Of a DNA stretch of 57,392 nt, positions 33,912 through 46,018 are shown one piece after another. The position numbers and the translations under genes were made by a program. The stretch spans positions 62,001-119,392 of the forward strand of contig CAUYUJ010000032.1 in NCBI GenBank assembly GCA_963575745.1. Direction: 5' to 3'. How positions within the stretch are numbered: position 1 is the first letter of the stretch; every line of letters begins with the position of its first letter. The notes under the pieces were generated by a model. The model saw only the letters and a list, made by a program, of their open reading frames with translations. It did no database searches and was not told where the DNA came from. This stretch comes from Prorocentrum cordatum. Taxonomy: Eukaryota.

Positions 33912-36422
33912 ATGGATCTTGGTAGTATCCAGGCGAATCTTCGGCAGATGGGCGCGGCAGTTGGCCCGTCTATCAAGTCCGTGTGCTCGGTCGCGAGGGG
34001 CGGTCCGATTCCGGACAGCAGCTGGGAGGCAGCTGCGGGCGAGGTGTTCTGCAAGAGCAGGTTCACCACGCAGGTGGGCAAGTTCGGCCTTCACCCGGGC
34101 TACGTGCTTGACTTCACCGCAGGGTGGGACTTGGAGGTCCCAGGGCAACAGCAGAAGGCCGACGAAATGCAGGAGCAGATCCGGCCATGCCTGCTAGTGG
34201 GGGGCACTGACGGCCCTCCCTGGAGCCGGCAGCGCAGGGGCGACGCTGGCGCAGGCGCGCGGGGCGCGCGCGGGGCACGCAGCAGGCAGCAACTCCTGGC
34301 GTGTTGTCCGCTGTGCAGGAAGCAAATCGACGCTGCTCGATACATGCTACACGAGCACCGTGGCGGCGCGGCGTCTCTGCAGGAGCCGTGCGCGCAGGGG
34401 GTGTTAGAGCAGCCAGATGTGTTCTGGGTGCGCACTGGCGAGCGTGGGATGGGGCAGGCCATCGCCACCAAAGGAGGCGGGCGCGAGCTGGTGGCGCAGG
34501 GGGCCGGTTGGCTCACCAACAGCAGGTGTATCGCCGAGGAGCTTGCGACGTGCAAGTTTTGGAACAGAACGGGTTCCAAGGCTGCAGGGACAGGGGGGTG
34601 CGCGCCCGCGCTGGTATGTGCGGTGCTGCGTGGCCTCCGGCGGCAACTCCAGGAAGACGGGAAGTTGTCGTTGTCCTCCCTCGAGCCGGGGGTCGCAGGC
34701 CACGACCCCACAGAGTATCCAGAGGAAGACCTTGCGAAGTTTTACGACGATGTCTCTGGGAAGCTCTTACCAACGCCGCTGGTACGGAAAGCGAGAGTCG
34801 CCGAGTTGGATTTTCTACGCGGTTTCCCTGTGTACGAAAAGGTGCCAGCAGCACGGGCGAAAGGCAAGAACATGGTTTCTGTGCGTTGGTGTGATGTCAA
34901 CAAAGGTGATGATGATAATTTGGAGGTTCGCTCCCGGCTGGTCGGCAGGGAGTACAAGTGGCAAGACCCATTCATGCAAGGCACGTTTGCCGCGACGCCA
35001 CCACTAGAGAGCCTTAAATATCTGTTCCATTTCATGACAACCACGAGGCGGGTGCGAGGCGCCCCGGTTCGTTTGAAGATGTTGGTGATGGATGTGAGCA
35101 GAGCTCATTTCCATGCGCCGTGTGTGCGGGAGATGTACATCCGCCTCCCAGAGGAGGATGCTACCCCAGGGATGGTCGGAAAGCTTCTTCGCACCATTTA
35201 CGGCGCGCGCGACGCAGCGAACCAATGGGACAGTTTCTTTAACGACATCATCACAAAGCTGGGCTACGACGTTGGCGTGTCAAACCCATGTTTGTACAGA
35301 CACAGGAACAAACTGCCAATAGGGTGGAGGCACGGAGACGACCTTGTGTTCATAGGTGAAGCAGACCACATGTACAGCTTGTTTGACGGAATCGGCAAGC
35401 ACATGATCCTTAAGAAGAGAGGCGTGCTTGGTTTTGAGGATGGTGACGACACGCACATCACCATTCTGAACCGTTTGGTTGATTTCTGCACCAAGGACGG
35501 TGTGCCGACAGTCACTTACGAGCCTGATCCTCGACACGTGGATCTTCTAGTCGACCAGCTTGGACTGACCGGCAGCCGGGTCAAAGCAGTGGGCGCGCCA
35601 GGCGAAAAGCGCGGCGATTACCACTCGGAAGAGCCGCTCGCGGATAGCTCCGTGAGTTTGTACAGGTCATGTACTATGCGTATAGCGTACCTTGCGGCAG
35701 ATCTGCCGCGCCTACAGTTTTCTGCAAATCGACTGGCCCGTGGGATGAGTAAGCCCACTGTGGGCCACTGGAACCGGCTCAAGCGCGCGGTGCGCTACCT
35801 GAAGGGCCACCCCCGGTGGGTTCAGCAGTTCCAGATGCAGGAGCCTGTGGGGTATGTTGACGTAAGGACAGATTCTGATTGGGCGTCAGACCCAACAGAC
35901 CGGAAGTCTGTGAGCTGCACGGTAGTGATGATTGGCAATCACTGCCTACGATGTTCGACTGCTACACAGACGAGTCCAGCTCTGTCCTCAGGAGAGGCGG
36001 AATTTGTAGCGAACGTCAAAGGAGGGAGCCATTCTCTTGGCATGCAGTCCATGGCCCGGGACTTCGGCGACGAGCTGCGGATCCGTCTGCGGACAGACAG
36101 CACAGCTTCCAAGGGGATCGCTTCCCGGATCGGTCTCGGGAAGGTGCGACATTTGGACGCGGCATTTTTGTGGATACAGCGCCAGGTAGGAAAGGGGAAG
36201 ATCCAGATGCACAAAGTAGACGGTAAAACTAACTTAGCTGATCTTGGGACCAAGGACGTCGAGGAGGCTTTGATAGTTCGTTTTATGGGAGGCATGGGAT
36301 TCAAGGAGGAGGCCGGACGTCATCCAAAAACGTTGAAGGTTTCGCACGGCTTGGGCGGCTACGGGGAGGAGGACCTTCTAGCTCAGACGGATGATGTGGG
36401 AAACGAGAAGGAGCTCATCTAA
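33912..36422 (+). CDS. pol: Pol C-terminal part: degenerate DNMT-like domain, reverse transcriptase and RNase H
   Basis: RT: VRWCDVNKG, RSRLVGRE, MDVSRAHF, IYGARDA, HGDDL; RH: TDSDWA, SSGEAEF, TDSTA, KVRHLD; same frame as 33375-33848, separated by one TAA. Confidence 0.92.
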   Translation: MDLGSIQANLRQMGAAVGPSIKSVCSVARGGPIPDSSWEAAAGEVFCKSRFTTQVGKFGLHPGYVLDFTAGWDLEVPGQQQKADEMQEQIRPCLLVGGTDGPPWSRQRRGDAGAGARGARGARSRQQLLACCPLCRKQIDAARYMLHEHRGGAASLQEPCAQGVLEQPDVFWVRTGERGMGQAIATKGGGRELVAQGAGWLTNSRCIAEELATCKFWNRTGSKAAGTGGCAPALVCAVLRGLRRQLQEDGKLSLSSLEPGVAGHDPTEYPEEDLAKFYDDVSGKLLPTPLVRKARVAELDFLRGFPVYEKVPAARAKGKNMVSVRWCDVNKGDDDNLEVRSRLVGREYKWQDPFMQGTFAATPPLESLKYLFHFMTTTRRVRGAPVRLKMLVMDVSRAHFHAPCVREMYIRLPEEDATPGMVGKLLRTIYGARDAANQWDSFFNDIITKLGYDVGVSNPCLYRHRNKLPIGWRHGDDLVFIGEADHMYSLFDGIGKHMILKKRGVLGFEDGDDTHITILNRLVDFCTKDGVPTVTYEPDPRHVDLLVDQLGLTGSRVKAVGAPGEKRGDYHSEEPLADSSVSLYRSCTMRIAYLAADLPRLQFSANRLARGMSKPTVGHWNRLKRAVRYLKGHPRWVQQFQMQEPVGYVDVRTDSDWASDPTDRKSVSCTVVMIGNHCLRCSTATQTSPALSSGEAEFVANVKGGSHSLGMQSMARDFGDELRIRLRTDSTASKGIASRIGLGKVRHLDAAFLWIQRQVGKGKIQMHKVDGKTNLADLGTKDVEEALIVRFMGGMGFKEEAGRHPKTLKVSHGLGGYGEEDLLAQTDDVGNEKELI

Positions 36423-36558
36423 GTAATAGCTCGTGTATGTTCGTGGTGTGCAGTAAGAACGGTCTCGCGGCGAGCCCCGTGGGAGGTTCTGAACCACAGA
36501 GATGATTAGGAGCGTATAGAACATGTCACTGGTAGTGTACAGTCACCAGTTTCATGTT

Positions 36559-36566
36559 AGGAGGGG
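36559..36566 (+). promoter_or_regulatory. Polypurine tract
   Basis: AGGAGGGG directly before the 3' LTR. Confidence 0.8.
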
Positions 36567-36688
36567 TGTTGAAGTTACTCCCCATCATGCTCTCTACTCT
36601 TCTGTATTCTATCTTCTCTCTCTTACTCTCACTTTGCTTTGCGCAATAGCCGTTTCAGCTTCGAGGAAAAATGGATTTTTCTCCATCA
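36567..36688 (+). repeat. 3' LTR
   Basis: tgttgaag...catca. Confidence 0.95.
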
Positions 36689-37809
36689 GCGTTGGCGCTT
36701 AACGCCAAACACATTGGCCCTTCAAGTTTTGCATGCAGGCGGAAGTGCTGGCGGAAGGACAGGAAGGCAAAGCATACAAAATGGCGATCACTCCTCGTGG
36801 TCTTGTCCGACATCGTCCTCATAATAATGCCATTCGCTACCCTTCCCTGACGTGTCCTCTTCCCCTTCTACGTTCTGCGGTCCACGAAGGAAGTGGTGAC
36901 CGCCCCCAGTTGTGATCCCCCTCGGTGCTGCCCGATCCTCCTACTCCCTCCTCCTCCTCGTCTTCCTCCTCCTCGTCTTCCTCCTCCTCCTCGTCTTCCT
37001 CCTTCTCCTACCCACGTGCCTGGAGGGAACGTCGCGAAACTTGGATTCGGACATATTTGGTGGAAGTGCTGGACGAGGGCGCCAATGCGGGGTCGTACGT
37101 CGAAGGCCTCTTCGATGTGTTTGGGTCTGTGGGGAGGCGTCTCGGGGTCGTCGCGGAAACTATGTTGCTGGTTTGGGAGATAACTTGCGGCCCCCTTTGG
37201 TTGATTTTCGGTCTTGTTGGGGGCCTCGTGAACGCTGGTTGTGGCGTTTGGGCGCCTGTTGGCAGTTTCGTGGGTCCTTTCGGGATGGAGGGCTCGCGCC
37301 TGGTGGCGGTCTGAAGGTCCGTGTTGGGGCTTTCTTCAGGGATCGTGGGGGCATCTCGCCCGTCTTGGAGCCTTCTCGGGCCGTCTTGGGTTGTCCTGGG
37401 GCGATGTTGGGGGCCTTTTGGGCCTTCCTGGGGCGTCGGTGGCACGAAAAAACGATAATGCCAAAATACCGCAAAAAAACCATAGGAAACGCACAGGTTT
37501 TGCATTTCGAGGCCCACTTGGGGGTTGCTACCGCTGGCTCGTTTGCACGACGTGGCAGGGACCCCCAAAAGCACGGAGGTCTTATGGGACCTTCGGCGCT
37601 GGCGCCCAGGAGCTCCAAAAGGTAGGCAAATATAGGAGAGGGAATTCACACGTGTGTATATCGAGGACGCCGGCGGCGCATCACCGGCCGCTCCCTGGGA
37701 GTTTGCCGAAGTGGTGCGCAGCATCGAAAGTCGTGATGCGGCGCGTATGCCAGCTATCAAATGGCCGTCGGCCCATCCCGCGACCGCGCTTGGGTTTTGG
37801 GTCGGAGTC

Positions 37810-38420
37810 CTCATGGACGCTTCTTGGGTCTCTCGAGAGGGCTCTGGGGGGCCTCTGCGGGGGAGTTTAGGGGCCTCTTGGGGGCCTCCTGGGGGCTTCT
37901 TGGGAGCCTCTTGGGGCCCTCTTGGGGGCTCTTGGGGGCCTCTTGGGGCCTCTTGGTGGCTTCCTGGGGGCCTCTTAGAGCCTCCTGGGGGCCTCCTGGC
38001 ACCGAGAGCTCGGAATGTTCATTCGGGTTCCCCTTCTGTGCGCCCTCTTGGGGCCGTCCTGGGGCCCCTCTTGGGCCATCCCGGGGGCGTCTTCGGCCGT
38101 CTTGGGGCCCTCTTGGGCTGTCTTAGAGCCCTCTTGGACGCTTGTTTGGCCGTCGTGGGGCGATCTTGGGGGCCTCTTGGGCCGTCTTGGAGCGTGGGTA
38201 AGCCGAAATGGCGAGAACGTGAAAATCTTTCAAAAAAACATGTTTTTTGCGTCTTGGGGCTCTCTTAGGGGTGCTCTTCGAGGCCTCTTGGGCCGTCTTG
38301 GAGGCGTCTTGGGCCTTCTGGAGGCCATCTTGGGCTTCTTGGAGCGATCCGGAACCGTTGGGAGGCTCTCGCGGACTGCTCCGGACTCTCTTGGACCGGC
38401 TTGGGGCGCCCTGAGGCCGT
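37810..38420. repeat. Degenerate ~11-bp (GGGCCTCTTGG)n array (inverted relative at 52755-52855)
   Basis: Direct reading. Confidence 0.8.
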
Positions 38421-38689
38421 CCCCGGGCCGTTCGAGACCTGAAGGTCGGGGGGGGGGGGCCGGCGGCAGAATGGGGCACCCTCGGAGGGAATTTCAGGGA
38501 GGTTTTTGGCCAGGCACTGGCGAATAGGGCCAAAGACTGTGCCAAGCACTCTGTCAGAGAGGGCTCGCACGGCCCACACCGCAGGGCGGGAGCGGCCGGA
38601 TCCGTAGGGGCTTCGCTCCTTGCCGCGGGCCCCCTCTCTCGGAGAATGGGCAATGCAAAGCGAAATCATGAGGCCTTGGCGCGAATATT

Positions 38690-39060
38690 CTGTAATGTTC
38701 AAGGGTTTCTGGCTTCGGACACGCGATTATCGCGTAATTTACGAAGGTTTATGGCTTCGGGGTCGCAGATATTGCGCCACTTGCGGGTGTTTCTGGTTTC
38801 GGAGACGCAAGTATAAAGTAATTTACAAGGGTTTATGGCTTCGGGGACGCGCATATTCTGTGATTTGCGAGCGTTTGTGGCCTTGGGGACGCAAGTATTG
38901 TATATTTTACGAGGGTTTATGGGTACGGGGATACGAATATGGAGTATTTTGGGAGGGTTTATGGCTTCGGGACTATTGCGTAATTCACGAAGGCTTATGG
39001 CCTCAGGGACGCGAACCTTGCGTAATTTACGAGGGTTTATGGCCTCGGGGGCGCGAATAT
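38690..39060. repeat. 42-bp minisatellite
   Basis: ttacgagggtttatggcttcggggacgc...; period checked between 38823 and 38907. Confidence 0.85.
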
Positions 39061-39181
39061 AATGTATTTCCCAACCATCCTGTGGTGTTGGGTCCTCGTT
39101 TTGACGAGACGGTCCCCGCGTTCCTCTTCTCCTCTCCTCCTCCCCCGCCTCCCCCTCCTCCCCTCCCTCCTCCTTCTTCCA

Positions 39182-40175
39182 TGCGTTTCACCCACCCAGC
39201 ACAGCGTTTCGTGGCCCCACAGGGAGCTCCACCGAAGCCCCCGGTGGGACCGCCCGCATGCGTCCGCCACCACCCAGCACAGCCCTTGCTCCTTGCGTTT
39301 TACCCGCCCAGTACAGCGTTTCGTGGCCCCATAGGGAGCTCCACGGAAGGTCCCAGTGGCACCGCCCGCATGCGTCCGCCACCACCCAATACGGCCCTTG
39401 CTCCCTGCGTTTCACCCACCCAGTACAGCGTTTCGTGGCCCCATAGGGGGCTCCACCGAAGGTTCCACTGGCACCGCCCGCATGCGTCCGCCACCACCCA
39501 GCACAGCCGTTGCTCCTTGCGTTTCACCCACCCAGTACAGCGTTTCGTGGCCCCATAAGGAGCTCCACCGAAGCCCCCAGTGGGACCGCCCGCATGCGTC
39601 CGCCACCAACCAGCGCAGCCCTTGCTCCCTGCGTTTCACCCACCCAGTACAGCGTTTCGTAGCCCCGTGGGGAGCTCCACGGAAGGTTCCAGTGGCACCG
39701 CCCGCATGCGTCCGCCACCACCCAACACGGCCTTTGCTCCCAGTGGCACCGCCCGCGTGCGTCCGCCACCACCCAACACGGCCCTTGCTCTCTGCGCTTC
39801 GCCCACCCAGTACAGCGTTTCGTGGCCCCATAAGGGGGCTCCACCGAAGGTCCTAGTGGCACCGCCCGCATGCGTCCGCCACCATCCAGCACAGCCCTTG
39901 CTCCCTGCGTTTCACCCACCCAGTACAGCGTTTCGTGACCCCATAGGGAGCTCCACGGAAGGTCCCAGTGGCACCGCCCGCATGCGTCCGCCACCACCCA
40001 GTACAGCCATTTCTCCCTTCGTTTCACCCACCCAGTACAGCGTTTCGTGGACCCATAGGGGGCTCCACCGAAGGTGCCAGTGGCACCGCCCGCATGCGTC
40101 CGCCACCACCCAACACGGCCCTTGCTCCCTGCGTTTCACCCACCCAGTATAGCTTTTCGTGGCCCCATAGGGAGC
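39182..40175. repeat. 112-bp minisatellite, about 9 copies; its leader (39068-39180) and first unit recur at 57210-57392
   Basis: Units start at 39182, 39294, 39406 and onward. Confidence 0.93.
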
Positions 40176-40420
40176 GCCATCGAAGAAGATATTCAGAAGT
40201 GCGGTACTCACAACTGCATATGGTTGGGTCCTTCGCCAGGCTAATTCTTATGTGTCTCAAGCCTAATTTCGCCCCCCCCCCCCCCCCCCAGAAATTCTGA
40301 GAACCCCACCAGGAGACGCTAACCAGGCCACTTTTCGGCTCCCCCCCTCGCGCGGTCCATCAAGGAACAGTAAGCAGCAAGAAGCAGAACTGCAACAGTG
40401 GAAACTGGAAGCTGGAACTG

Positions 40421-41313
40421 GTGCAGGGAACAGCAAACCCTGGTCCTACAGCCTGGTGGCCCCACAGGGGGGGTTCTCAAGCGACAGCCCCCAAGGCCAC
40501 CAACCAAGTTCGCGCTCAACTCGAACAAGTTGCAGCGGTGCTTACTCGTTCTGTACCCGAGGCTCCAGAGGCTCCTGTTGTGACGTCTCCCTCGCAGTCG
40601 CCTCCTACCGACACCCGGAGCGCCAAGGCGAACATTCAGTCCCTCGATGCGGCCCTCCATGCCCTGCCGGAGGGTCCGGCCTTTGCCTCGTCGAGGGCAG
40701 CTCTCCAGGACAGCATCGACATGCAGAGAAACACCATCCGCGACTCCAAGCCGCTCGGGGCGCGGCTGGACGAGGCTCGCGCGGCATCGGCCCGAGCGCA
40801 GGCTCGACGTGCCGAGGCCGCCAAGGCCCTCGAGCTTGCCCAGGCCGCCATCGTGGCCTCGGAGATGGAGATCGCCAGCTTCACGGCCAACGTCGAGGAG
40901 CTGGAGAAGTCGACCAAGTCCGCGGGCGACGTGGCCGCAGACGTCGCCATGGACAGCCCCTCCGGCCCCAAGGACGTGCCTGCCTCCATCGGCACCCAGC
41001 TCCAGTCGCGGGTTGCCACCCTGCAGACCGACTCCCACGTGAACCCACTCCACACCGAGGCTGCCGGCAAGCGGGTGACTGCGCTCCTCCAGGGTTTCCA
41101 GCAGAAGATCGAGCTTGCTCAGGCCGCCCGCGGCGCTTCCGTGCCACGGCGGCTCCAGGGCAACCACCACGCAAGGACGACGTCTCCGACGAGGAGTTCA
41201 TCGAGGTCCCCTGGCTTCGCCACAGCACCAAGAAGCCGCCCCTCAAGCAGTCCACGCTCTTCGGCCATGGTTTCACGGCCGTCCGCAAGAGCGTGGCCAA
41301 GCCAAAAAACTAA
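40421..41313 (+). pseudogene. LINE ORF1 (coiled coil); start uncertain, frameshift near 41165
   Basis: KPLGARLDEARAASARAQARRAEAAKALELAQAA; ends ...RKSVAKPKN* with TAA at 41311-41313. Confidence 0.7.
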
Positions 41314-44300
41314 TGAAATCGGGGGCCGACGAGGCAGGCTCGAGCAGCCCGGCCACCCGATTGCATGCCTCTGTCAACGTTGCCACCCTCTATCCACGTG
41401 AACATACCCTGGCCTCTACACGTGGTTCCTTCGCCCTCATGCTGGGCAAGGTCCAGATGCTCGAGCTCGACTTCCACCGCTCCTCCCTGGACGTGGTCTG
41501 TATTCAGGAGGGCCGTGCTCCGCAGTGTGATGTCCACGATGGCGTCCACTACCGCATGTATGCTGGCTGTGCGGACTCAGACGGCCAGTACGGGTGCCAG
41601 GTGTGGATTGCCACCAGTCTCACCTTCCACCCGAAGAGCGTGCGCCACGTATCACCCCGCCTGATGACCGTCGCGGGGTATTCCGTGACATTGCAGCGCG
41701 GCCTCGTGGTGGTCAGCGCCCACGCTCCCACTGAGGCCAGCACCGCCCGGGTCAAAGACGACTTCTGGGACTCCCTCACCGCGGTTGTGCTCAACCTGCG
41801 CTCGCAGTTCCCAGCCTACGTGGTCCTGGCCGGACTGGACGCCAACGGGCGCGTCCAAGGCCACGGCGACGCGATCGGGCCGTGCGAGCCCGAACCGTTC
41901 ACTGACAACGGCAACCGCTTGCTGAGCCGCCTCGTTGCGTGCTCCCTGATGGCCGCCAATACGTTCTACGAGGCCGGCTACACTTGGCGCTCCAAGCACG
42001 GCACCACCGCCAGGATCGATTACACCCTCCTCGACATCGACCTCTTTTCCAGCTTGGTGGAGTCCCGTGTGCTCCCAGAGACGGTCCTCTCCTACACCCC
42101 GACTGAAGACCACCGCATGGTGATGAGCGTCGTCGAGGTCAGTGGTCACGACGGCGTCTATGCGGACCGGCCTCGGCGGGCCCCGCGAATCAACAAAGCG
42201 AAATGCTTCGACGCGGAGTGTTGCCGCCGTTTCCAGGACGCCACTGACCCTGAGCAGTACGCGACCGAACTCACCGACTACGTCCATGCATCTGCCCTCA
42301 AGTCGTTCGGCTCCTTCAAAGACACCCCGCGTAAGCCCTGGATATCACCACCTACGTGGCGCATTCTCCGTGGTCTAGCCCCGCTGCGCCGCGCTGCCAG
42401 CGTTGCTGGGGCACGCGCCGTTCAGGCGCTCCTGCATGCGGCCATGTACGCCTGGGCCAGCCTCGTCCCCAGCGCATCTGTCCCCGGACGGGTCCGTGGC
42501 CGACGCGGCGGCCTCGGGTGGCACTCTGGTGCGCGGTGCGGCGAGGATCGTCGCCGGCTCCACGTCCTCCGCCTCACCTCCACGATGGCGTGGCGTGCGG
42601 CCGCGGCGATCCGGCGCATGATCAAGCCCGTTATCGCTGAAGATCGCCGCGTGTTCATCGAGGCCAAGACCCTTGAAGCGCGCGACGCCCAGGCCAGAGG
42701 TGACACGCGCACCACGTCTGCCATCCTCCGTGCCCTCGGCGGTCGCTTCACCACTCAGCAGCCGCCGCACGTTCTACGTAAAGACGGCACCCTCACCACG
42801 TCCGAAGGGGAACGGCAGCAGAGATGGCTTGAGCACTTCACCGATGTGTTCCACGGCACGCCCATGACACTGGACGAGCTGCGCTCTATCCCTGTCGCCC
42901 CGCCGATGGCTGATCATCAAGTTCGTATCGGCCCTGCTCGCGTCGAAGGCGCCCTTGGCCGCTTGAAGAGCAACCGCGGGACAGGTCGGGACGGCATCTC
43001 AGCAGAAGTGCTGCGCGCTGGTGGCGGCGCTATGGCGGTTAAGCTCTCGGAGCTGTACCAGTGCGTAGTCGACTCCGAGGTCTGGCCAACGGCTTGGCCT
43101 GGCAGTCGTGTCGTCGGCGTCCACAAGAGGAAGGGCCCCAGGAATGACTGTGACGAGTACCGTGGCATCCACCTGGATAGCCACCTGGGCAAGGTCCTCG
43201 AGGATATCCTCAACGAGGACGTGAAGGAGCCGTACGAGGCCGGCATGCCGCCGTCCCAGTACGGCGCCGTCTCCAAGCGTGGGACCGACTTTGTGTCGCG
43301 CGTCCTCTTTACGTGGATTTGTGCAAGGCGTTCGATAGGGCGATCCGTGAACTGGTCCTCGGCATCCCTCACGACTGCGCCTACCCGTCCACTTACTTGG
43401 CGGGCCTGGGTCTTCGCGCCCATCAGGTGGAGTGGATCGTTGAGTTCATCGCCGTCCACGTGCCCCTCATGCAGCAGTGGGGTATTCCCGAAAAGATCGT
43501 GCGCCTTCTCAAGAATCTGCACTCCAAGAGTTGGCTTAGCTACGGCGACGTGGACACTGCGGTCAGCGTGCGCCTGGGGGGTAAACAAGGCTGCAAGTAC
43601 GGCAGTACGATTTTCAACGGATCGTACTCGGTCGGCCTGCTGCTCCTGAGGGACGCCCTGCTCAAGGCTGGCGCGACGTTGCGCATCCACGACCCTGGCC
43701 CTGACTTCGTCTCTCCTGGAGGCGTCCCTGCTGATCGCCGCCCGCCAGCGGCTGAAGGGGGGGCAGGATCTGTCCTCCCTCCCTCGCTCGACTCCGCCGT
43801 CCCCGTCATCGACGTGGCGTTCGTGGACGACGAGTGTTTGCTGCTTTGCGCTAAGACTCCCGCCATCCTAGATCGGAACATCGACGTCCTCCTCGAGTCG
43901 TTGTGTAGCGTATTCCGTATTCGACCTGCTGGGCTTCGTAATCAACTGGAAGCCAGGGAAGACGGAATGCAGCCTCATCTACAAGGGCCACAACGCAGCC
44001 GCCCATTACGCCGCCAGGAGAATTGGACCCCAGGGCGCTCTCCCGGTTGAAGGTACCTGGCTCCTCCGGCCACGTCACCGTGGTGCACCAATACATGCAC
44101 TTGGGGGGCATCGCCGAGGTCGGAGGCAACAACGTTCACGAAACTCGGGCCCGGGCGGTGTCGGCAGCAGAGGCGTGCAGCCCGCTGGCCGTGCGAGTTT
44201 ACGGCAACGAGGGTTACCCGCTCCTGGATCTTTGGAGCCTCATGTAGTCCCTGGTGTTCTCCAGGCTGTTCTTCAAAATGCACATCCGGGTGCTGTCCTT

Positions 44301-45195
44301 AGCTGCTTTGCGCGTCCTGAACACCATGTACATGCGATGCCTGCGCCGCTTTGCTGGCGAATGTAGGTTCGGCCCGAGTGTGGCTGACATCGACGTGCGT
44401 CGGCTCCTCAAGGCTCCGTCCGTGGATTGCGTCCTCATGCGGAAGCGGCTCGCGTATCTTGGCCGCGTCGTCCGGCACGGTCCTCCTGAGCTCCGCGCCC
44501 TCCTCGCTCATAGTTGTGACCACCCGCCAGTCCCTTGGGTTTCACAGCTTCTGGATGACCTCAAGTGCGTTTGGCGCATGGCCGCCTTATGCTCCACTCT
44601 CCCAGATCGGGCAAATGATTTTGGGCCCTGGCTGCAAGTTATAGTACGCAGGCCAGCCCGATGGTCCCAGGCATACAAGTGTATATACTTTGTTGAGTCC
44701 GCGTGCGACCTAGGGGCGGGCACCGTTCCTTCGCGCGACGCGCTTGTTACAGCGCACCAGTGCTCCCATTACTCCTTTGCATTTGCCACGTCTCGAGCTC
44801 TGCGCTCCCATATGCGCACGAAGCACGGTACCAAGGCACTTCAGCGAATCTTCTGCCTGCCCGATGGCGTTTGCCAAGTGTGCAAGACCCACTTCAGATC
44901 GAGGCTCCGCCTGCTTGCACACCTGTGCGACAGCAGGCGCACGAAGTGCTGGGACGCCATGCGTTCTTCCCCCATCATTCTTCAAGCGCCTCACACCCTC
45001 CCTGTGTACAGAGCATGGTTCTTTGGACAATGTGCAGGGGCGCGACGCTCGTCGCGCCGGCCACTCCCATGCACTAGCCGTGGGCCAGGCTTACACCACA
45101 TTTGGTCGAGCGATAGGGTGTGCCAGGAGGTGACGGCTCCTCTTGCGCACCTTCGCGTTTGCCGTTCTCTGCGCGCGGCCTCCGCGTCTGCTTAG
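41313..45195 (+). pseudogene. LINE ORF2: APE, RT and two C2H2-like zinc fingers; frameshifts near 43310, 43920 and 44020, stop at 44245
   Basis: VVCIQEGR, SAHAPTE, GLDANG, DNGNRL, TWRS...RIDY, EDHRMV; GRDGISAEVL, YRGIHL, DLCKAFD, GGKQGC, FVDD, YMHLG; CSHYSFAF..LRSHMRTKH, CQVCKTHF..LLAHL. Confidence 0.92.
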
Positions 45196-45399
45196 CCTTG
45201 CATGTTAGTGTACTTGCGACGGACATGTTCCAAGCCTCGAGGAATAAACTATATATAAGGCTTGCGACTACCAGGCCTTAAGGCATAAACCAGATAACGC
45301 ACGTATGTGTGTACATATATATATATATGGATATGTGCCAATCTATACAAAAAGGCATATCGACCAGTTGTCCCGATGGTTGCCCCCACGCTTCAAAAC

Positions 45400-46010
45400 C
45401 GGCACCGGGCGGCAACGGGCGGCAGTGCGGCGAATCCTTGGCGGACCCTCCAAGCGGCAATGAGGCGGCAATGGGAGGCAACGGCGAAAATGGGCGGCAA
45501 TGTGCGGAAAACTCGGCGGACCCCCCAACAGGCCACGAGGCGGAAACGGGCGGCAACGTAGAGAATCCTCGGCGGACCCCCCCGAATGGCAACGAGGCGG
45601 CAACGGGCGGCAGCGGGCGGCAGCGTGGCGAACCCTCGGCGGACCCCGTCCATTCCTTGGTGACAGGACGCGCCCCCTACGTGTAGCCTCTGTTTGGGGA
45701 CCCGGAGCGCCGAAGTGCAAGCGCAGCGCAGGTGCGCGCCAACGAGGTGGCCACGGGCGGCCACGCGGCGGAACCTCGGCGGACCCCCCCCGAGGTGGGC
45801 GGCAACGAGGCGGCAGCAGAGCGGCCACGGGCGGCGGCGCGGCGAGACCACGGCGGACCCCCCCCCCCACTGGGCGGCAACGGGGCGGGCACGGGGCGGC
45901 CACGAGGCGGCGGCGCGGCGAAGCCTCGGCAGACGCACCCCAAGTGGGCGGCAACGAGGCGGCCACAAGGCGGCCACAGGCGGCCACGCGGCGAAACGTC
46001 GGCGGACCCA
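45400..46010. repeat. Degenerate GC-rich repeat (cggcggacccc / ggcaacgaggcggc)
   Basis: Recurring motifs every 55-75 bp. Confidence 0.75.
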
Positions 46011-46018
46011 TCCAGGTC

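Larger units (their letters stand above)
29470..36688 (+). mobile_element. Ty1/Copia LTR retrotransposon, structurally complete but with disabled protease and integrase
   Basis: 122-bp LTRs; TSD GCGTT (29465-29469 and 36689-36693); domain order gag-PR-INT-RT-RH. Confidence 0.96.
40330..45269 (+). mobile_element. Non-LTR retrotransposon with RTE-like ORF2 and a coiled-coil ORF1, decayed
   Basis: Candidate TSD ACCAGGCC at 40322-40329 and 45270-45277; AATAAA followed by CTATATATA at 45243-45257. Confidence 0.88.

Noticed and set aside
38620..39558. 312-aa ORF with YEGLWLRG repeats
   Set aside because: Translation of the 42-bp and 112-bp minisatellites.
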